A stretch of 64,000 bases of DNA, taken from the NCBI GenBank assembly GCA_000092065.1, contig CP000581.1; one strand, given 5' to 3'. The position numbers were made by a program, and so were the translations under genes. This stretch comes from Ostreococcus lucimarinus (Eukaryota). Numbering within the stretch: position 1 is the stretch's first letter; each line of letters opens with the position of its first letter. The notes under the pieces were generated by a model. It worked only from the letters and a program-made list of their open reading frames with translations, was not told the DNA's origin and made no database searches. This document shows, piece after piece, positions 45,775 to 56,539 of this stretch.

Positions 45775-46806
45775 ATGTTCCGCGCCGCGCTCGCGCGCTC
45801 GACGCGCGCGCTCGCGGCGACGCGCGCGACCGCGGCGTCGTCGCTCGCGCCGCCCGTCGTCGCGCGCGCGCGCGTCGCCGCGACGGCGGCGCCGACGCCG
45901 ACGTTCCGCGCCGTCGCCATCGCGCGCGCGTTCGCGACGCGCGCGGGCGAGGGCATGCGCGCGTACAAGCCCACGAGCCCTGGACAGCGCGGGCGCATCA
46001 CGACCTCGCGCGAGGGCCTGCACCGAGGACGCCCGCACAAGGCGCTCGCGGTCGGGCTGCGGAAGACGGGCGGGAGGAACGCGCGAGGGCGGATCACGGT
46101 GTGGCACCGGGGCGGCGGCGCGAAGCGACTGTACCGAATGATTGATTTTAAACGCGATCTCACGGGCGCGCGAGGGGTGATACGAAGGCTGGAGTACGAC
46201 CCGAATCGCACGGCGCGAATCGCGCTGGTGGACTACGAGGGAGGACTGGGGACGAGGTACGTGCTGGCGCCGCACGGCGCGCGCGCCGGGGACGAGTTGG
46301 AGAGCGGAGCGGAGAGCGATATAAAGATCGGAAACGCGCTGCCGTTGAAGAATATACCGCTGCAGACGACGATACATAATATTGAGCTCGTGCCGGGACG
46401 AGGGGGGCAGATGTGTCGATCGGCGGGATCGGCGGCGACGCTCGTGAAGAAGGGCGACGACGGGTACTGCGTCGTCAGGCTTCCGAGCGGCGAGCAGCGT
46501 TTAGTTTTGGAGGGATGCATGGCGACGATCGGGATGCTGTCCAATCGTGGGCATCAAAATCGTAATATCGGTAAAGCCGGCGCCAATCGTTGGCGTGGGA
46601 TCAGGCCGACGACGCGAGGCGTCGCCATGAACCCGATCGACCACCCGCACGGCGGCGGCGAGGGTCGCACGTCGGGCGGTCGTCCCAGCGTCACGCCTTG
46701 GGGCGTCCACACCAAGGGTAAGCGCACGCGCAATAACAAGCGCACCGACCGATTTAGGGTGAGCAGGCGACCGAGGAATCGCAAGAAGTACAACGACAAC
46801 CGGTAG
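45775..46806 (+). CDS. RPL2: Organellar ribosomal protein uL2 (nuclear-encoded, with N-terminal transit-like extension)
   Basis: Conserved uL2 core (…GRNARGRITVWHRGGGAKRLYRMIDF…MNPIDHPHGGGEGRTSGGRPSVTPWG…) preceded by an Ala/Arg/Thr-rich presequence. Confidence 0.9.
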   Translation: MFRAALARSTRALAATRATAASSLAPPVVARARVAATAAPTPTFRAVAIARAFATRAGEGMRAYKPTSPGQRGRITTSREGLHRGRPHKALAVGLRKTGGRNARGRITVWHRGGGAKRLYRMIDFKRDLTGARGVIRRLEYDPNRTARIALVDYEGGLGTRYVLAPHGARAGDELESGAESDIKIGNALPLKNIPLQTTIHNIELVPGRGGQMCRSAGSAATLVKKGDDGYCVVRLPSGEQRLVLEGCMATIGMLSNRGHQNRNIGKAGANRWRGIRPTTRGVAMNPIDHPHGGGEGRTSGGRPSVTPWGVHTKGKRTRNNKRTDRFRVSRRPRNRKKYNDNR

Positions 46807-46898
46807 GCTTTTCATTATTTCGTCGCCGTCCCGAGAGACTGTAGTCCTTTGTAGTAGCGAGTAGACTTCACCATTCAACGACGCGCGCGCGCGCGCGA

Positions 46899-47972
46899 AT
46901 GCGCGACGACGTCGAGGCGGTCGCGCGCGCGACGCCCCGCGCGTCCACCGGCGATGCGAGCGCTTCTTTTTCGGTGTCGACCGTCGCAAAGTCGTTAGGG
47001 GACAGGGACGTCGTCACGCCGTTCGACGCGCGACGCGCGACGATGCGGGCGCGCGGACACGCGCTGACGTTTGAAAACGTCACGGCACTCATGCGGTCGT
47101 GCGCCGTGGCGGACGAGGAAAGCGCGAGCGGGGCGCAGCGCGGGGTCAGAGTGCGCGAATACTTGCGCGCGCTCGAGCGGGCGACGACGCCGGGACGGAA
47201 CGGTGGCGCGGACGCGCGAGAACGCGCGAGGGAAGCGAGCGACGATAGGGACCCGCTGCGCGAACTCGCGAGAGAGTTGCTGCCGGAATGGCGTCATCAG
47301 GGAGAATCTCCGGGGCCGAAATTAAAGATGCGCGACGGAAACGGAAGGAGAGTTGACGCGACGCGCGAGCTCGAGGAGACGATCGCGAGGATGTCGAACG
47401 AGGCGAGGGAAGCTGAAGCGGTGAAGGATGAAGCGTTGCGAATGAAATCTGCGAGTTTGGCGGCGATGACGACGGAGAACGAGATGTTGCGATCGTCGCT
47501 CGCTTCTGCGCGAGTGGCGAGCGAGGAAATGGAGCGTCGATTGTACGAAACCGAGGCGAAGGAGGTGGAGGCGCGTGAGACGCTACGCGAATGCATGGCG
47601 ACTTTGCATGAAGAGCAAATGGCTCGAGAAAAACTCAGGGAAGAGCTCACCAAGGTGAGCGAAGAACTGCATCGCGCACGCGCGGCGGCAGAAGAAGCGC
47701 TGTCAACGGAAATGAATTTAGAATTGCGTATAAGATCGCTCAGAAACGGCGATTTACTTGCAGCGCTTCGAGAGCGCGTCATAGAGACCCAAAACGAGTT
47801 GAAACTGGAAGTGAAGTCACACGATTTGGCTAGGCGGCGGTTCGCGCGCGAGTTGATGAAGAAGGAGGCGTTCGTGTGCCGAATCCGCGACAAAGCTCGT
47901 GCGCTCGGAATGTGTTTGGAGCTTTTGGAGGATCGCGATAGTTTAGCGTCCGACTCTGAGACGGATGATTAG
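46899..47972 (+). CDS. Hypothetical coiled-coil protein
   Basis: 357-aa ORF. C-terminal two-thirds is heptad-rich (…EAEAVKDEALRMKSASLAAMTTENEMLRSSLASARVASEEMERRLYETEAKE…). Confidence 0.5.
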   Translation: MRDDVEAVARATPRASTGDASASFSVSTVAKSLGDRDVVTPFDARRATMRARGHALTFENVTALMRSCAVADEESASGAQRGVRVREYLRALERATTPGRNGGADARERAREASDDRDPLRELARELLPEWRHQGESPGPKLKMRDGNGRRVDATRELEETIARMSNEAREAEAVKDEALRMKSASLAAMTTENEMLRSSLASARVASEEMERRLYETEAKEVEARETLRECMATLHEEQMAREKLREELTKVSEELHRARAAAEEALSTEMNLELRIRSLRNGDLLAALRERVIETQNELKLEVKSHDLARRRFARELMKKEAFVCRIRDKARALGMCLELLEDRDSLASDSETDD

Positions 47973-48032
47973 CGAGCTTAGCGAGCTGTGTATCAAAAAA
48001 TTACTATTCCGCACGCGATTGGATTTGATACT

Positions 48033-48902
48033 CTACACGTCCAAAACTTTGAACGTCGACACGAGGTGCTCCAAAAGCGCCGCCGCTTCCGGTCCCTTGT
48101 CTTCGGGCATTTGACATGTCATGGTGATGATGTCTTTTCGCCCCAACTTGCGCGCGCTCCCGACCGGCCCAGGTCCTAACGCGAGCACTCCCCAAAAATG
48201 CAGCGGCAACATGCTCTCCGTCGAGTACTCAAAATAATAATACCTCCCGTCGTCGCTCATCCTCGAACTCAGCACCTTGCTCACCGCTTGCCCTCGATTT
48301 GTCTCGCCCTCGCCTTCCAACGGCGCGTACTTCCGCGCTACATCCTCGGCGTACGCTCGCGGATTCGCGTACTCGGGTTCGTCCAGTTCGTCGACGCGCA
48401 GCGACTTCGTCTTCTTCCCGTACGGTCGCACCTGCACCTTGAACCGTCGCCCGCCGTACTCGCTCACGGGATGTATCTCGATCTCCGCGATTCCATTCGG
48501 TAAATCTTTCACCCAACCCTTGGGCGACAAGAACGCGTAGCCGTTATCCAGGTCGACGTACGGTTCGAGCTCGACGTCGTCTAACGTCGTCGGCGCCAGC
48601 GCGAGCGCCTCCCGCGCGCCCGCCGTAATCTCATCCTCCGCGCGCGATGCACCGACGCCCGACGCCGCCGCGCCGACGAACACCGTCGCCGCGAGCGCGC
48701 GCCGTCGCGTCGTCGCGCGCGCGCCGCGCGCGCCGTCGCCGTCGCCGGTCCCGACCTCGACCTCGACTTCGCCGTCGTTCGCGCGTCGCGTCGCGCGCGC
48801 GCCGCGCGCCGCGCGACGCGCGTCGCGACCGGTCGCCCGCGCGTCCGCGCGCGCCGCCGCGCGCGCCGCGCGCGCGAACGCCGCGGTCGTCGTCGTCGCC
48901 AT
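48033..48902 (-). CDS. PsbP-domain protein (PPD/PsbP-like), predicted thylakoid lumen
   Basis: Start ATG 48902 is residue 101 of ORF 48033..49202. Bipartite presequence with a twin-arginine signal (TRRRALAATVFVGAAASGVGASRA). PsbP-fold core (…LEPYVDLDNGYAFLSPKGW…FKVQVRPYGKK…). Confidence 0.8.
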   Translation of the reverse strand: MATTTTAAFARAARAAARADARATGRDARRAARGARATRRANDGEVEVEVGTGDGDGARGARATTRRRALAATVFVGAAASGVGASRAEDEITAGAREALALAPTTLDDVELEPYVDLDNGYAFLSPKGWVKDLPNGIAEIEIHPVSEYGGRRFKVQVRPYGKKTKSLRVDELDEPEYANPRAYAEDVARKYAPLEGEGETNRGQAVSKVLSSRMSDDGRYYYFEYSTESMLPLHFWGVLALGPGPVGSARKLGRKDIITMTCQMPEDKGPEAAALLEHLVSTFKVLDV

Positions 48903-49110
48903 CGCGCGCGAAGTGACGCCAGACGCAGTCGCGCGGGACGGACTCGGACCGACGCGCGACGCCGCGCGCGCGCGGTCGACATGGTGCGGCGCGACGACGA
49001 CGACGCGATCGACGCGCGCGACGACGACGGCGCGCGCGCGCGCGAACGATGCGCGACGACGACGCGAGCGCTCGACGAATGATTGAGAACGCGATTGTGA
49101 ACGCCGCGAC

Positions 49111-49111
<1 letters not shown>

Positions 49112-49141
<30 letters not shown>
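49112..49141. repeat. (GAC)10 trinucleotide microsatellite upstream of PsbP-like and PHF5A genes
   Basis: gacgacgac… run in the 271-bp divergent spacer (48903..49173). Confidence 0.75.
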
Positions 49142-49143
<2 letters not shown>

Positions 49144-49173
49144 ACGCAGTCGAAACACCACCCCGATTTGATC

Positions 49174-49614
49174 ATGTGCAGGAAGATGCCCGGAATATCC
49201 ATCGGACGGTTGTGCGAGAAGTGTGCGTGCGAGCGAGGCGACGCGAGAGGGGAAGGGGCGCCGCGGCGAGACGGCGGGCGCGGTTAGGGCGCCGAGCGAC
49301 GGACGCGAACGAAGACGACTGACGATGATGATTGGAAAATTGAACGAATAGGCGATGGGAAGTGCGTGATTTGTGATTCACACGTGCGCCCGGCGACGCT
49401 GGTGCGGGTGTGCGATGAGTGTAACTACGGGACGAATCAAGGGCGGTGCGTGATTTGCGGCGCAGTCGGCGTGAGCGACGCGTACTATTGCAAGGGGTGC
49501 ACACTCATGGAGAAGGATAGGGATGGATGCCCGAAGATTATCAATCTCGGGGCGGCGCGTACGGACTTGTTTTACGAGCGGAAGAAGTACGGGTTTAAAC
49601 CGCGCGATGGGTGA
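49174..49614 (+). CDS. PHF5A: PHF5A/Rds3 (SF3b complex zinc-knot protein), 2 exons
   Basis: Exon 1 49174..49222 ([17 protein letters not shown], ending in phase 1) and exon 2 49352..49614 ([26 protein letters not shown]…[12 protein letters not shown]…[10 protein letters not shown]). These reproduce the full PHF5A cysteine pattern. 129-nt intron, GTGCGT donor, ACTGAC box (A ~49322). Confidence 0.9.
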
Positions 49615-49653
49615 ATGTAGACAGACGTTTAATATGAGTGTATCGAGTTGTAG

Positions 49654-52600
49654 CTACTGGCGCGTCGAACGTCGCATTCGGACTCGCAAACCTCCGCTCG
49701 CGGCAACTGGCTGTTGCGCTGAAATGATGCGCGGATACGGAGTCATGCGTGTGATGATCTCGTCGGCGTCCACATCGCGTTCATCGGTGGGCAAATTATC
49801 AAGTAAATCGTCCTCAAGCTCCTCGGCACACTTCGCGAATGCGCTTTCTTCGCCGTGGAATATTTGGGCGTTGATACGAATGAGCTCGATATCGGAACGA
49901 AATCCACCAATCTGCCGATAGTACGCACTTTTTAATCGTTGCATGACGAGCTTCAAGCTCATGGGCGCTGGGACGACAGAGCAATAATTCGTCATTGCGC
50001 CGTCTGCTCGAGCGAAGCGTTCGTTCGGGCCGATGGCTTCGACGAAAGCCGCAAATCTCGAGTTTCGAATGATTCTCTGCACTCGAGCGACCAAATCTTT
50101 CGTCACGCTTGCACTGAGCGATGGATAGTTCTCATCGACGTTCGCAAATTTGGCCTTTTGCGGCCCACGCGATGTTGAGGCGTCTGAAAACGACTTCGCG
50201 TGCTCCTTTTTCATCGCCTCGTCGTTGTACAGCTCCCAAAAGCTATGATTCATGAACTTATCGTCTTCATTCTGCACGTTCAAATACTGCACGCATAGCG
50301 TGTTCCACGGTGACCCAGTCCATTTGCCTTCATTGCTTTGTGCGTCGTGAACCATCCCGTACCACGGCGACATGTCGCCGAGACCAGTGTCGTCCCACAG
50401 GGCCGCGCAATAGTCGCCTCGTTTCCACGAATGTTGCTCTGCCGTTTGATAACGTGAAATCGGAACAAGAAAGTCTGGTGTATCACTTTTCTGGAGTTCG
50501 ACAAGGAACTCTTTTCCGTAATCACCACAAGCAGGATCAATGAGCTTCAACTCGAGCAAACAGCGCGTTTCGTAAGCGCCGTCGTCGGATATCATGTAAC
50601 GCAATGACGAAACGGTACAAGGCTCGACGAACCGCATCGATGTAAGCGTTTGCCACGGTGCCTCATCGCGCCAGTTCTTTCCCGTCGCTTGCATGCGCTC
50701 GTAGTGGCCTTGGGCTACGTACACCAACTCATCTCCCAGTTGCGGAACGTACATGCCGACAATAACTTCCTCAGCGCACAGCCAAGAGTACGCATCTAAC
50801 AGACGGATATCGTGGCGAGACGTCACTGACTTTTTTACTCGTTTCGCAGGTCTCTTACCTTCCTCTTCCTCGGAAACGTCGTCGCTCTTGACCTCGTCAG
50901 GATCGATCCCGAGTTCTTCGAGCTCCCGGCGGCGTCTGCGAGTGATTCTCGCCGGCGCGTCTTCTTCTTCATCACTCGTCGATTCGTACGCATCTACGCC
51001 TAAACGCTGTGGTTTGCGATGCTCTCGAGCACTTCTGCGAGTCGCGCGATCTTCTGAGTCATCTGATTCTTCTGACTCATCCGAGTCGAAACGGCGCGCG
51101 CGCCGCCGCCGACGCGAGCGCACAGCGCGATTTCGGCTGCGTGCTGAGCGTGCGCGACGTTCTGCATCGGTATCGTAGTCGGACTCGTCTTCATCATCAG
51201 GTTCTTCAAAGTCGGCGTCACTTATGTTGTCTTCATTCACTCCATCGTTCTCGTCGTCGGACATTCTATACATGATCTCTTGCATCGGCATCGTTTCGTC
51301 TTGAGCAGTCCACGGACCTTGCACGTCTGTCGGCGCTAGTTCGGCTAAAGTCGGGGCTTGCACGACGACATCCGGCATCCCCGAATCCGCTGATGGCAAG
51401 CACGCTGCAACCTGCCCCGATTGAAACGCCGACTGGTAAGGGTCGGGATACGGATCACCCATGGCGTCGCAAAGCAAGTTTCTCGGGTACGCTTCGTGAA
51501 GGAGCGCACCGGTGGCGAGCTCTATCAAATGCCCGCCCTCGCTTCGACCGAGCGCGTCATCACCCACGAACTCCGTCTGCAAGAACTGCTCGTACTTCGC
51601 ACGAAGTAGTCGCACGCTATCGCCAGTGCCGAAGACGGAGAACTGACCGGATAAATCAGAACAGATGATGGATGTGCCGTCTGGATGCCAATTGCCGTCG
51701 ACGAGTTTGGTGTGGTACTGAGATCCATCAAAGACACGAAGCGCGACGCCTTCAACAATATCCCATATCACGGCTTTACCATCGTAACTCGCACTCATCA
51801 CCAATCGAGGATCTAATGGATTGGATTGAATAACGTACGTTGCGGCGGTGTGTTCGCGCATCGCGTGTCGCAACTCACCAGACGCGACGTCCCAGACGCG
51901 AATACTTTGATCTCCCATGGAAGCTATGACGCGCGTGTCATCGGTCGACCACACGGCGATATGCATGTTTGGTACTTTTGGCGCGCGCCTCGAGTACTGC
52001 TGTGAGGTAATAGCGCCGATGCGTTGCTGTTCCCGCAACGCAGCGGCGTCTTCCGGCGTCGTCAACGTCGATCGAAGCACCCAAGACAAGCGAGCGCGCC
52101 CAGGGAGAGACGCGCTCGAACTCGGCACCCATATCCTCGCCTGCCCGTCCTTGGACGCGGATAACAGCATGTCACCCGAGTGTGAGAAGTGCACCGACAC
52201 CACATCGTTCAAATGCGATCCAGATAAGGAAATCTTCTTCACCGCATTCTCCGTAGGAGAACAGTCTCCAGACGAGCGCAACTGTTCTAAATCAAGCTTC
52301 CACATAAACACCTTGCACATACTCGTACCGACGGCAAACGTATCACCGACGTCGTTGAACGCACCACAGACTATTTGACACGCCTCGCCGTCGCGCTCTG
52401 CGCTCGCCTCATCCGCGATTGCGTTGAGTTGCGCGCCGCGAGTGCGCATGCCCGGAGACGTTGCTTCATTCGCCATCGCTGCCAGAGGCATGACACCATG
52501 TTCTACCACTCTACCGCCGGTGATTGCCCCTCCGTTCACGTTCAAATCTATCACCATTGGTTTCACGTCGTTCGAACTTCGTCGAGCGCTCCATAAACGA

Positions 52601-53499
52601 ACTGTGCCGTCGTCTGCCGTACTCAACAACACGTGCGGCACCGATGGACAAAAGTGCAACTCGGTAATCGAACGCGTGTGGCCAAGAAGCACGGCGATGG
52701 GCGCGCCACTTTCCAAGTCCCAGGTCCGAATACTTGTATCCGTCGACGACGAAGCCACGATTTCCTCTCGCGAATCGATCGCTACGTACGTAATCTCCCC
52801 GACGTGCCCTCGACACGCCGCGCGAAGCAAACCGTTGTACGCGCACCAAATTTTTACCAACCGATCGTCCCCACCCGTCACCAACCGTCTTCCGCTCGCG
52901 CTCAGCACCGCGCAATACGCTGCATCTCTGTGCGCGCGAAGCGTGCGAAGACAATTCATATTCTTCGCGACAGTCTTCGTCTCTGCCAAAGCCTCCACCC
53001 GACAACCGCCCGTCGCCGCCGTCTCGCGCATCAAAGTCCTGACTAACGCCCCTCGCAAACGCTTTTGCCCCTCGGCGCGCGCGCACACCGAACCACTACC
53101 ACCTTCATCTCTAAAATCGACTCGTCCGTGCGTCGCTCCTCGCGCGCGCGCCACCGCGCGCTCTAATGCGTCCTCCGGCACATTCGCGAACGCGCCGCGC
53201 GCCAAATCCTCGAAACTCGCATCGTGCGCCTCACCGAACACGTCCAGCCTGCGCGGGAACGCCCCGCTCGCGCGTGCGGTGCGTTCGAAATCACTCGCGA
53301 CGCTCGCGAACGCGCGTCCGCGCCTGCGCAAGTAGCGCGCGACGATGAACGTTTCCAATTCGGCATTGACCGATGTCGCGCCGTCGTCGTCGCTCGCACG
53401 CGCCGACGCACCGCTCGCGCCGCGCGCGGCGTCAGACGACGACGGCGCGTCCTGCGCTTCGTCCTGGCGCGCGCCGCGCGCGCGAACGCGAGACGCCAT
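49654..53499 (-). CDS. WD40-repeat + bromodomain protein (BRWD/PHIP-like)
   Basis: Start ATG 53499 is residue 10 of ORF 49654..53526. N-terminal LisH-like segment, ~8 WD repeats (…LLGHTRSITELHF…SASKDGQARIWV…), acidic/basic low-complexity linker, C-terminal bromodomain (…FAAFVEAIGPNERFARADGAMTNYCSVVPAPMSLKLVMQRLKSAYY…). Confidence 0.8.
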   Translation of the reverse strand: MASRVRARGARQDEAQDAPSSSDAARGASGASARASDDDGATSVNAELETFIVARYLRRRGRAFASVASDFERTARASGAFPRRLDVFGEAHDASFEDLARGAFANVPEDALERAVARARGATHGRVDFRDEGGSGSVCARAEGQKRLRGALVRTLMRETAATGGCRVEALAETKTVAKNMNCLRTLRAHRDAAYCAVLSASGRRLVTGGDDRLVKIWCAYNGLLRAACRGHVGEITYVAIDSREEIVASSSTDTSIRTWDLESGAPIAVLLGHTRSITELHFCPSVPHVLLSTADDGTVRLWSARRSSNDVKPMVIDLNVNGGAITGGRVVEHGVMPLAAMANEATSPGMRTRGAQLNAIADEASAERDGEACQIVCGAFNDVGDTFAVGTSMCKVFMWKLDLEQLRSSGDCSPTENAVKKISLSGSHLNDVVSVHFSHSGDMLLSASKDGQARIWVPSSSASLPGRARLSWVLRSTLTTPEDAAALREQQRIGAITSQQYSRRAPKVPNMHIAVWSTDDTRVIASMGDQSIRVWDVASGELRHAMREHTAATYVIQSNPLDPRLVMSASYDGKAVIWDIVEGVALRVFDGSQYHTKLVDGNWHPDGTSIICSDLSGQFSVFGTGDSVRLLRAKYEQFLQTEFVGDDALGRSEGGHLIELATGALLHEAYPRNLLCDAMGDPYPDPYQSAFQSGQVAACLPSADSGMPDVVVQAPTLAELAPTDVQGPWTAQDETMPMQEIMYRMSDDENDGVNEDNISDADFEEPDDEDESDYDTDAERRARSARSRNRAVRSRRRRRARRFDSDESEESDDSEDRATRRSAREHRKPQRLGVDAYESTSDEEEDAPARITRRRRRELEELGIDPDEVKSDDVSEEEEGKRPAKRVKKSVTSRHDIRLLDAYSWLCAEEVIVGMYVPQLGDELVYVAQGHYERMQATGKNWRDEAPWQTLTSMRFVEPCTVSSLRYMISDDGAYETRCLLELKLIDPACGDYGKEFLVELQKSDTPDFLVPISRYQTAEQHSWKRGDYCAALWDDTGLGDMSPWYGMVHDAQSNEGKWTGSPWNTLCVQYLNVQNEDDKFMNHSFWELYNDEAMKKEHAKSFSDASTSRGPQKAKFANVDENYPSLSASVTKDLVARVQRIIRNSRFAAFVEAIGPNERFARADGAMTNYCSVVPAPMSLKLVMQRLKSAYYRQIGGFRSDIELIRINAQIFHGEESAFAKCAEELEDDLLDNLPTDERDVDADEIITRMTPYPRIISAQQPVAASGGLRVRMRRSTRQ

Positions 53500-53561
53500 C
53501 GCGCGGCGCGCAATGCGGACGCCCACGTCTCGTCACATCGCGTCGCGCGCGTTCGAGCGCG

Positions 53562-53849
53562 ATGTCGCCCGCGCCGAGCGTGCTGAAGAAGGAAGAGGAG
53601 GCGCTGATCACGCTCATGAAGGAGCGCGCGCTCGTGCGATGCAAGACGGCGCAGCGGACGTACTACGAGTGCGTGAAGGGGCGAACGCTGAGCGTCGCGT
53701 GGGCGTGCCGCGAGCAAGCGCGAGCGATGAGCGCGTGCCTGAGCGAACACACGAGCGATGCGACGCTGGAGACGATGAAGGCGCGATGGACCGAGGCTGG
53801 GAAGCCGTCGATCGCGGATCGGGGGAAGATACCCAAGTGTTTCGATTGA
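53562..53849 (+). CDS. Twin Cx9C protein, Cmc1-like (COX assembly mitochondrial protein family)
   Basis: Start ATG 53562 is residue 64 of ORF 53373..53849. Two Cx9C motifs (CKTAQRTYYEC, CREQARAMSAC). Confidence 0.6.
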   Translation: MSPAPSVLKKEEEALITLMKERALVRCKTAQRTYYECVKGRTLSVAWACREQARAMSACLSEHTSDATLETMKARWTEAGKPSIADRGKIPKCFD

Positions 53850-54143
53850 CGACGCCGGCGAGCGGCGGCTCGAGGCGCGCCGCCGCCGAACGACGCCGAG
53901 AAACGCATCGCGCGACGACGATCGGGCGAAGCGAGTGTACACTACGTGGATTGTAATTTAAATGAGCGCTCTCACCGAAACGCGCGACGCGAAGGCGCGA
54001 AGGCGCGTCGCGTCGCGTTCACGCGAAGTCGCGGACGCCGCTAGCGCGTTCTGGATAAAGCACTTCGGTGTCGTCGCCGCACTGTTTCGCGCGCGCGTCC
54101 CGAGCGTCGCCCCGAGCGAGACGAGTCGTTCGCGTCGCGCATC

Positions 54144-55244
54144 ATGCAAGCTCTCAGCGCAGCGCACGCGCGAACCGCGCCCGCGCGCGCGGCGTCTGCG
54201 CCGTCGCGCCGCATGACGTCGACGAAAGTCTCCGCCGCGAAAACGCACCGTGTGCGCGCCAGCGCGGCGCCGGCGGAGCGCACGATGGAGGAACGCATGG
54301 AAGGACGATCGACGTACGCGCCGGAGAGCTACACGGCGATGTGCATGGACGCGTACGCGAGCGTGAGAGATTGCCTGAACGAAGGTAAGACTCTGATCGA
54401 AGTCGAGTTCCCGGCGATTCCCGGCGAAGACGCGGATTACAAGGCGGCGTCGGACGTGTACATCGATGCGAACGTACAGTACGCGCTGGTCGTGGCGCAG
54501 AAACTGAACGCGGAGATGGGGAAGAATGTCGACGTGTTGGTGCCGGACGGGATCGAATACCGACGAGCGAAGAAGATTTTCGAAAACGCGTTGGGTTTGT
54601 CGAGCGCGGGCGTGCGGTTGAACGTACTTGATGGACGTAAGAGCAGTATGTTTGGATCGGCGTTCGGTGATATGCTTGGAGGTAAAGGTTTGCGCACGCG
54701 TAAGGAGGAAGAAAGGGATAATGATTTCGACTCGGCGGATGTTTTCATCGTCGTCAACTTGAGTACGATTGAACTCGAGAGCTTGGAGAAGTTTGCCGAC
54801 GAGACGGCGAATGGCAGACCGCTCATTGGGTTGAACTTGCAGTTAGACACGCTCCGGGCCGATCTTGGGTTGTTTTCGTTCCCGGAAAAGGCGCTTCACT
54901 ACCGATTTCTGTCCCGGTTCACGCCGGCGTTTTACTTGCGCACGCGCAACTATTCGCGCACCATTAATGTGTCGCCGTTCGTCATCAACTATTCCGGTGC
55001 GATTTTCCGCGAATACCCGGCGCCGTGGCAAGTGATGATCAAGCAAAACAATGGTGTGTTGGCGTGCGTGGCGGAGAACGAGGACAGATTTACGCTCGCG
55101 GAGGCAAAGGAGGAAATGCTCATCGCGCTTGGCATCAACGATCCCGACGACAGCCCGATGAAGAAGCTTCGCAGCGGTTATAAGACGTCGACGTGGTGGG
55201 AAGAAGAGTGCGACGACGAAGATTCTGACGCTTGGCGCACGTAA
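54144..55244 (+). CDS. DUF1995-like plastid-targeted conserved protein
   Basis: 366-aa ORF with a transit-peptide-like N-terminus (MQALSAAHARTAPARAASAPSRRMTSTKVSAAKTHRVRASAAPAER). Conserved blocks (…LIEVEFPAIPGEDADYKAA…FIVVNLSTIELESL…) are compatible with the green-lineage DUF1995 family. Family assignment is from memory and moderate confidence. Confidence 0.55.
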   Translation: MQALSAAHARTAPARAASAPSRRMTSTKVSAAKTHRVRASAAPAERTMEERMEGRSTYAPESYTAMCMDAYASVRDCLNEGKTLIEVEFPAIPGEDADYKAASDVYIDANVQYALVVAQKLNAEMGKNVDVLVPDGIEYRRAKKIFENALGLSSAGVRLNVLDGRKSSMFGSAFGDMLGGKGLRTRKEEERDNDFDSADVFIVVNLSTIELESLEKFADETANGRPLIGLNLQLDTLRADLGLFSFPEKALHYRFLSRFTPAFYLRTRNYSRTINVSPFVINYSGAIFREYPAPWQVMIKQNNGVLACVAENEDRFTLAEAKEEMLIALGINDPDDSPMKKLRSGYKTSTWWEEECDDEDSDAWRT

Positions 55245-55278
55245 TCGAATCAATTGTAATCTCCCCTATATTACACCT

Positions 55279-56164
55279 TCAATCTCGCTTGCCCGCCCGC
55301 ATGGGCGTCAAATCACCCGACGACGCGCTCGTTTGGAGCAGCCTCGTCGTTCCAGCGTCGTCTCCACCGCCACCACCGATCGCTGGATTAGTGGTGTTTC
55401 GAAATCCAAGCGACGATACCTGCCCCATTTCCGCCATTCCGGACGCGGAGGACGTCCGAGGTATCCTCGGATCGGACGCCCCCGGTCCTCGTATCGTCGG
55501 CGGAGCCGTCTTGAACAACGCGTTGAACCCCGCCGTGCACACGCCCGCGAAAACGACGAACCCGAACAATCCCATAACTAACAACAACGCCACCCCCAAC
55601 ACGTGCCCCGGCGTCAGCGCGCTCGAGTTTTCTCCGCCCCCCGTCGTCACGTCGTACTTCGCCTCCGTCACCTCGCCGACGCCGCCGTCCTTCGTCGCCG
55701 CCGCCTTCACCGTCCACGTCCCGATCCTGCGTCGCGAACCGCGATCACCGTTCACGCGTCAGTCGTTCGTTCTCCGCGTCTCACCGTCGCCGTCCGCGCC
55801 GTCGCCGTCGTCTCTCGTCGCGTCTCGAACACCAAAAACTCAAACGCGCGCGTCCAATCCTTCGCCGCCTCGCCTCGCCTCGCCTCGCCTCGCGCACGCA
55901 CGGCAGCGTCACCTTCCCCTCGTACGTCTTCGTGTCCTCTTCCCCGATCGCCGGCGTCGCGCCGTTCAGCGTGTACACGATCGTCGTCGCCGCGCCGTCC
56001 GTCGTTCGCATCGCGACGCGCAGCGTTCGCGTCGCGCGCGTCCCGCTCGGCGGATCGAACGCGACGCTCGCGCGCGCGCCCGCGGCGAGCGCGAGCGCGA
56101 CGACGCACGCGACGCCCGCGCGCGCCGTCGTCGACGCGCGTCGACGCGCGCGTCGCGCGTCCAT
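55279..56164 (-). CDS. Type I membrane protein: signal peptide + Ig-like (chitobiase C-terminal-like) domain + single TM + cytosolic tail, 2 exons
   Basis: Exon 1 55902..56164 (MDARRARRRASTTARAGVACVVALALAAGARA | SVAFDPPSGTRATRTLRVAMRTTDGAATTIVYTLNGATPAIGEEDTKTYEGKVTLP). Exon 2 55279..55726 (…TM LGVALLLVMGLFGFVVFAGVC…). 175-nt intron, GTGCGT donor, ACTGAC box (A ~55759). Supersedes the antisense ORF 55232..56491. Confidence 0.55.
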
Positions 56165-56226
56165 CGCTCGCGGTCGCGCGTCGCGCTGTGCCGCACTGTC
56201 CCGCGCGTCGCGCGCGTCGCGCCGCG

Positions 56227-56505
56227 ATGCCGACGCGGTCGCGCGCGTACGTCGGGGACGTCGCGTGCGTGGCGTCGTTCGGCGCGCGCGGGACGCTGCT
56301 CGCGGGCGCGGGGGCGTCGATTCATCGATTCGCGCTCGGGACGGATGGCGCGCGCGGATGCGGCGCGAGCGGCGCGCGACGCGTCGCGAGCGCGGCGGTG
56401 TTCGAGGCGCAGGGCGTGCGCGTGCACGGCGTGCGAGATTTACGAGACGGGGAGACGTGCGCGGTGTGGGGCGAGCGCAGGGTGCGAGTGATGCGGCTGC
56501 GGGAC

Positions 56506-56539
<34 letters not shown>

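Noticed and set aside
55232-56491. 419-aa plus-strand ORF upstream of and overlapping the WDR6-like gene
   Set aside because: Pro/Ser/Arg-rich artefact. The region is better explained by a minus-strand two-exon type-I membrane protein gene (55279..56164) with canonical splice signals and by the WDR6-like start at 56227.
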